This document shows, piece after piece, positions 60,257 to 64,000 of a DNA stretch of 64,000 nucleotides (the first letter of the stretch is position 1; the number at the start of each line of letters is the position of its first letter). The translations under genes and the position numbers were made by a program. The stretch lies in assembly GCA_002633005.1 (NCBI GenBank), contig NMRA01000230.1:125453-189452 (forward strand). Direction: 5' to 3'. The stretch comes from Phoronis australis (lineage: Eukaryota; Animalia; Phoronida). The notes beneath the pieces were generated by a model, which worked only from the letters and a program-made list of their open reading frames with translations, was not told where the DNA came from and did no database searches.

Positions 60257-61936
60257 AGGAGCATACCACCCAAAAAACAACCTAATTTGTATCAATTTAG
60301 ATCGAGTAGTTCTACTCCATAACGGCACGTACGGTTGCGATACATGACACTTGACGGCAGACGGAGGTGTTGAAATTATCCAATGACGTCATCGGTTTCA
60401 CACGCCGGGTGTTCAGCAGTTCACAACACGGGTTACTGGTGTCAGCTTATCGCTTGAAGTCATCGTTTAACACCAATAAATCACCAAACTTCGATGTAAA
60501 ACCCTTAAAATACACCGAGTTCTTATCAAAACGTGTTGTTTTATTTCGCTCTTACGGATTTATGGATATTTGGACACACCGTAGCCTACAAAGTTCGGCA
60601 GACCAATAAGGTCCGTAGCAGGAGTTTGGCATGGGGTTTGTTCGGAGATAATTTCGAAGTATTTTCCGTGAGACACAGACAGGAGAACCTAGATATGTGT
60701 TGTTTAGACTTGTGATTTTTTTAGTTCTACACACAAAACGCTTGTTAGCCTGGCCAGTGGCTTGCAGCCCGATCAGGCCCGTCGCGGCCGGCCGGATTGA
60801 CTCCCCGCCAGTGGCTCGGAAACTGATCAGACATCACGAACATAAACCAACCAAAGTTAAGTGGAAACTAAACTTCCAGTCAAGAAAATACTATACTAGT
60901 GAGCCAAAGTAATGTGCACCTGATTATGTTGGTGAATTAGCCACGAAACTGCAAATCTACTTACTCGCGTCGGGGGCCTCGACTTCAGGTTCCCGCGCTT
61001 CGGCCACAGCACCGTCAGGGCAAAAGTTGTACATTGACAATCATTACATGAGTATGTAAATGTAAATAAAGATTCCCCTAACACCTGACCGTGGGATGGA
61101 AATCGAGTTGTTTCACAACAGTTTCTGCCAGCAAACACTAAATTAGCATGAGCTCACACGGCCTAGGTGTCTCGTCAATTAGTTTTATTGCACCTGAAGC
61201 CGGTAACGCAGTGATTTATTCATTGCTGCTTATCAAATCATTTGCACTCACGAACACTCCAAAGGCATTACAAATTGCATTTAATGAGACAGACTTTGTT
61301 TCAGTTTTATATAAGTATTGGTCAGGGTGAGAATAATTCATTTTGAAACAGAACGTTCAGTAATAAACGCCAACATGGCAACTCGCAATCTCGACTTACG
61401 ACGAGCTAGAGCTCATCAGTCCCCACTTCGCAGGTGGATCGTTAAGTTTTACAGGCTATCAATTCAAACAGGAATACAGTGATGAAGAAATACTAGAGAG
61501 GCGCCGTGAACAACCTCAGACAACGGAACGTATGGAGTTATTTGGTAAACCGGCATTCGTCAGGCACTGTCGACGTCTGCAGGCCACAGACACGGAGATG
61601 TTTCACGGCCACATACTTGCTATTTACAGCCTACATTTCATTCTGCACTACCATGATCCACTTCCTAAGCATTTCGGACTCTCGAGGAAGTAAAAAAAAA
61701 CGATATACCCGCTTTCCTCGCAGTTGCTTAGTTCGGACAAGCGGGAACGATGCACCGCAACATAGCGGCATTCACTCTGCATATGAACCACTGACGTCGC
61801 TAGCGTCGTTTCTCACCTTCCTCACAGGTTAACGCGACACCTTTTGGCAAGGTAAGGTCGACCGTACGCGAGGCGATGTGGATATAGACTTATTAAGACG
61901 GCAAAAAAGACTAATTAAATCGTGTGGCATTCTCCT
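60257..61936 (+). mobile_element. Non-autonomous TTAA-specific DNA transposon (Kolobok-like), ~1.68 kb
   Basis: TTAA|AGGAGCATACCAC ... GTGGCATTCTCCT|TTAA (purine-starting TIRs, TTAA TSD); second copy at 50690-52134; no transposase ORF. Confidence 0.75.
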
Positions 61937-62805
61937 TTAAATCATTTTGTGGTAACATTCACGTCTGGCCGATTGCCTTTGTTGACGGTACTCCATACGA
62001 GGCGAGAACGTCATTTCGGTGCTCGGAGAAAAGTGAGAACGGTGCAGAGGGAGCATTTAAGCAATTAAAAATTGCAAGATGGACATTACAAAAAGCTTAA
62101 AACAGCACTGCATTGTAGTTGACGATGCAAAAACAGGCAGTAAAGAAATGCGCTTGTCAACTTCGTTGCTGTGGATGAAAAATGATGTGGTCCTCGTAAC
62201 CTACAAACAATTGACAATTACCCCTGCCTTTCTCACTGTATAAGCGTTATAAGGAATTAGTCTTTTGACGCTGGATTCCACGAGCTGTAAACTTATACCT
62301 TTTTGACTACCTGAAGAAGCGCTGGCTGCTTAGCGTGACTGCAAAGAGCTAGGCCGCGACCGTCATTGTCTGCCACCTAAAAGACGGTCTACAGAACCGT
62401 GTTTGCACGGAGCAGAGAAAAGTAGTTCGAGGACAATGGTTATTGCACGGGAATCGAGCGCCGACATAATAGGAATGTCGGTTTATTCACTTATAAAATC
62501 GAGATTTCCTGCCTATACAATTCTCCATTGCCGATCTTACAGAAAATTTCATTTTTCGGTATTCACGTTATTTTTCCAAACGATTGCTCATTGGCTTTGT
62601 CTGAAATACGTGCATATAAATTAACATGAGCAAGATAGCTTTTAGATTTCTTGCAAATTAACATGTCTGTGCTTTTTGTAGAGGTTTATGCCTTACAAAA
62701 TGTTAAATGCGTGTTAGGATACTGCAGACGTGCTTGTTCGCTTCAGCCTAGCATTCTGTAGATAATGTTTTCTAACTCGATTGTGGATACCAGTCCATAG
62801 CTTAC

Positions 62806-62959
62806 CAATGGCGGATTTAAGGGGGGGAAAGGGGGACCCCCCCCGTAAATTTCTCCCAAATTCCAAGTGGCAGTTTGGGGGTGCGAATGTCTGACGGGCA
62901 AAACCCTGGCTAATACTCTGTCCTGTCCCCCCCAACACAAAATCCTGGATCCGCCCCTG
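62806..62959. mobile_element. MITE, family B, perfect 5-bp TSD CTTAC
   Basis: Ends CAATGGCGGATT / GGATCCGCCCCTG; homologous to 39245-39397. Confidence 0.8.
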
Positions 62960-64000
62960 CTTACACTGTGATCCGCCCCTGCTTACGGTGTGCTCATGGC
63001 CACTTTGCACCACCCCCATCAGAGCGAACCTGACAGATGGTCATTTACGCGCCGCATTTATGGAATAACCATCTTGTAACCGACAAAGTTGGTTTATTCC
63101 TGAGTCAGTGTACCATCCTGTTCTATGACAGCGTGCAAAGTGTTTTGTTTCGAGCGACTGGAACTCACAGTCGACACCTCATATGTCTTATCAAAATGTT
63201 TGATGAAAAAGAATATTTATGTGCTAAGAGACTTCCGGTCGGTTGCTTTCATCATATAAATGCATTGTTTAAGGCACTGACCACGGACAAAGCAATGACG
63301 TCAATATACTGAATGCCATAGACATGACCAATTCAAATACAGTCCTGGTATTCCGGTTCCCATGATGCACCAGTAGATCTAGGATGCCACAACTAGGGGG
63401 AACAACCCAGAAAAAATATCCGTGCCACACCTAAAAATAGCATGCCGGTGTTCCTTTTAATTGTGTAGTTAGGGATGACACAGAGTTGCTACAGAAACCA
63501 GTTTCAGCTTTTTTAATGGTTTGAACTGCTTGGGAGTGAAACTAGACAAAATTGCATTTGATTTCACATGATTTTGAATTTTCACACAGTTACGTTGAGG
63601 TCACTGACATGGTCGTCCGACAAGCAAAAATTCAGACGTTCGCTGGACAACAATTAAATTTTCCGCGATAACAGTCAGCCAAAGCAGTCAAGGATTGGCG
63701 TCTTTTGGGACTTGCTTGTATCAAAATCAAAAATCGCGGTTCATATCACTATGCATGTGTATAACTTACTAAAATAGATTTCGGTTACGACAAGACTCGG
63801 ATGCTTCCGTCAGGTTTGGGGTAACCTGCAACAAACGGGCTTTGTGTTTGCCCATGAAAAAATGGCTGCCAGGTCGAGTCCAGTTACGTCTTTCCGACAT
63901 GTTTGGATTTTCAGTTGTGGAGAACACTGGCAACTGTAGTATAGCACGTTACACATACTGTACGTCATAACATCATGAAAGTGTCACACATGAAAACATG

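Overview
AT-rich, intron-rich animal genomic DNA, probably from a marine invertebrate (taxon not determinable from the sequence). I reconstructed four spliced genes by hand; the ORF track shows only fragments of them. (1) UBL5/Hub1 (+, 381-1459); its first coding-region intron has U12 (minor spliceosome) signals. (2) ACBD6, acyl-CoA-binding plus ankyrin repeats (-, 13989-4806, 7 exons). (3,4) Two tandem paralogous caspases (+, 16137-28030 and 45137-58580), each with a single DED-like prodomain, intact SHG and QACRG motifs, and phase-1/phase-1 linker micro-exons. The micro-exons encode a TQT/TQC (LC8-like) motif next to an Asp-rich putative cleavage site; copy 1 also has an NLS-like exon, and in copy 2 the TQC micro-exon is duplicated. 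Between the caspases lie an unidentified candidate minus-strand spliced gene fragment and a decayed Gypsy LTR element with a tRNA-Pro primer site. The rest is MITEs and non-autonomous DNA transposons (including a family with 5-bp TSDs supported by an empty site in this window), Helentron/HINE-like repeats, Penelope remnants with minimal hammerhead-like motifs, a ~1.6-kb intronic inverted repeat and short tandem duplications. All calls were made by eye with no database searches; repeat boundaries are approximate.
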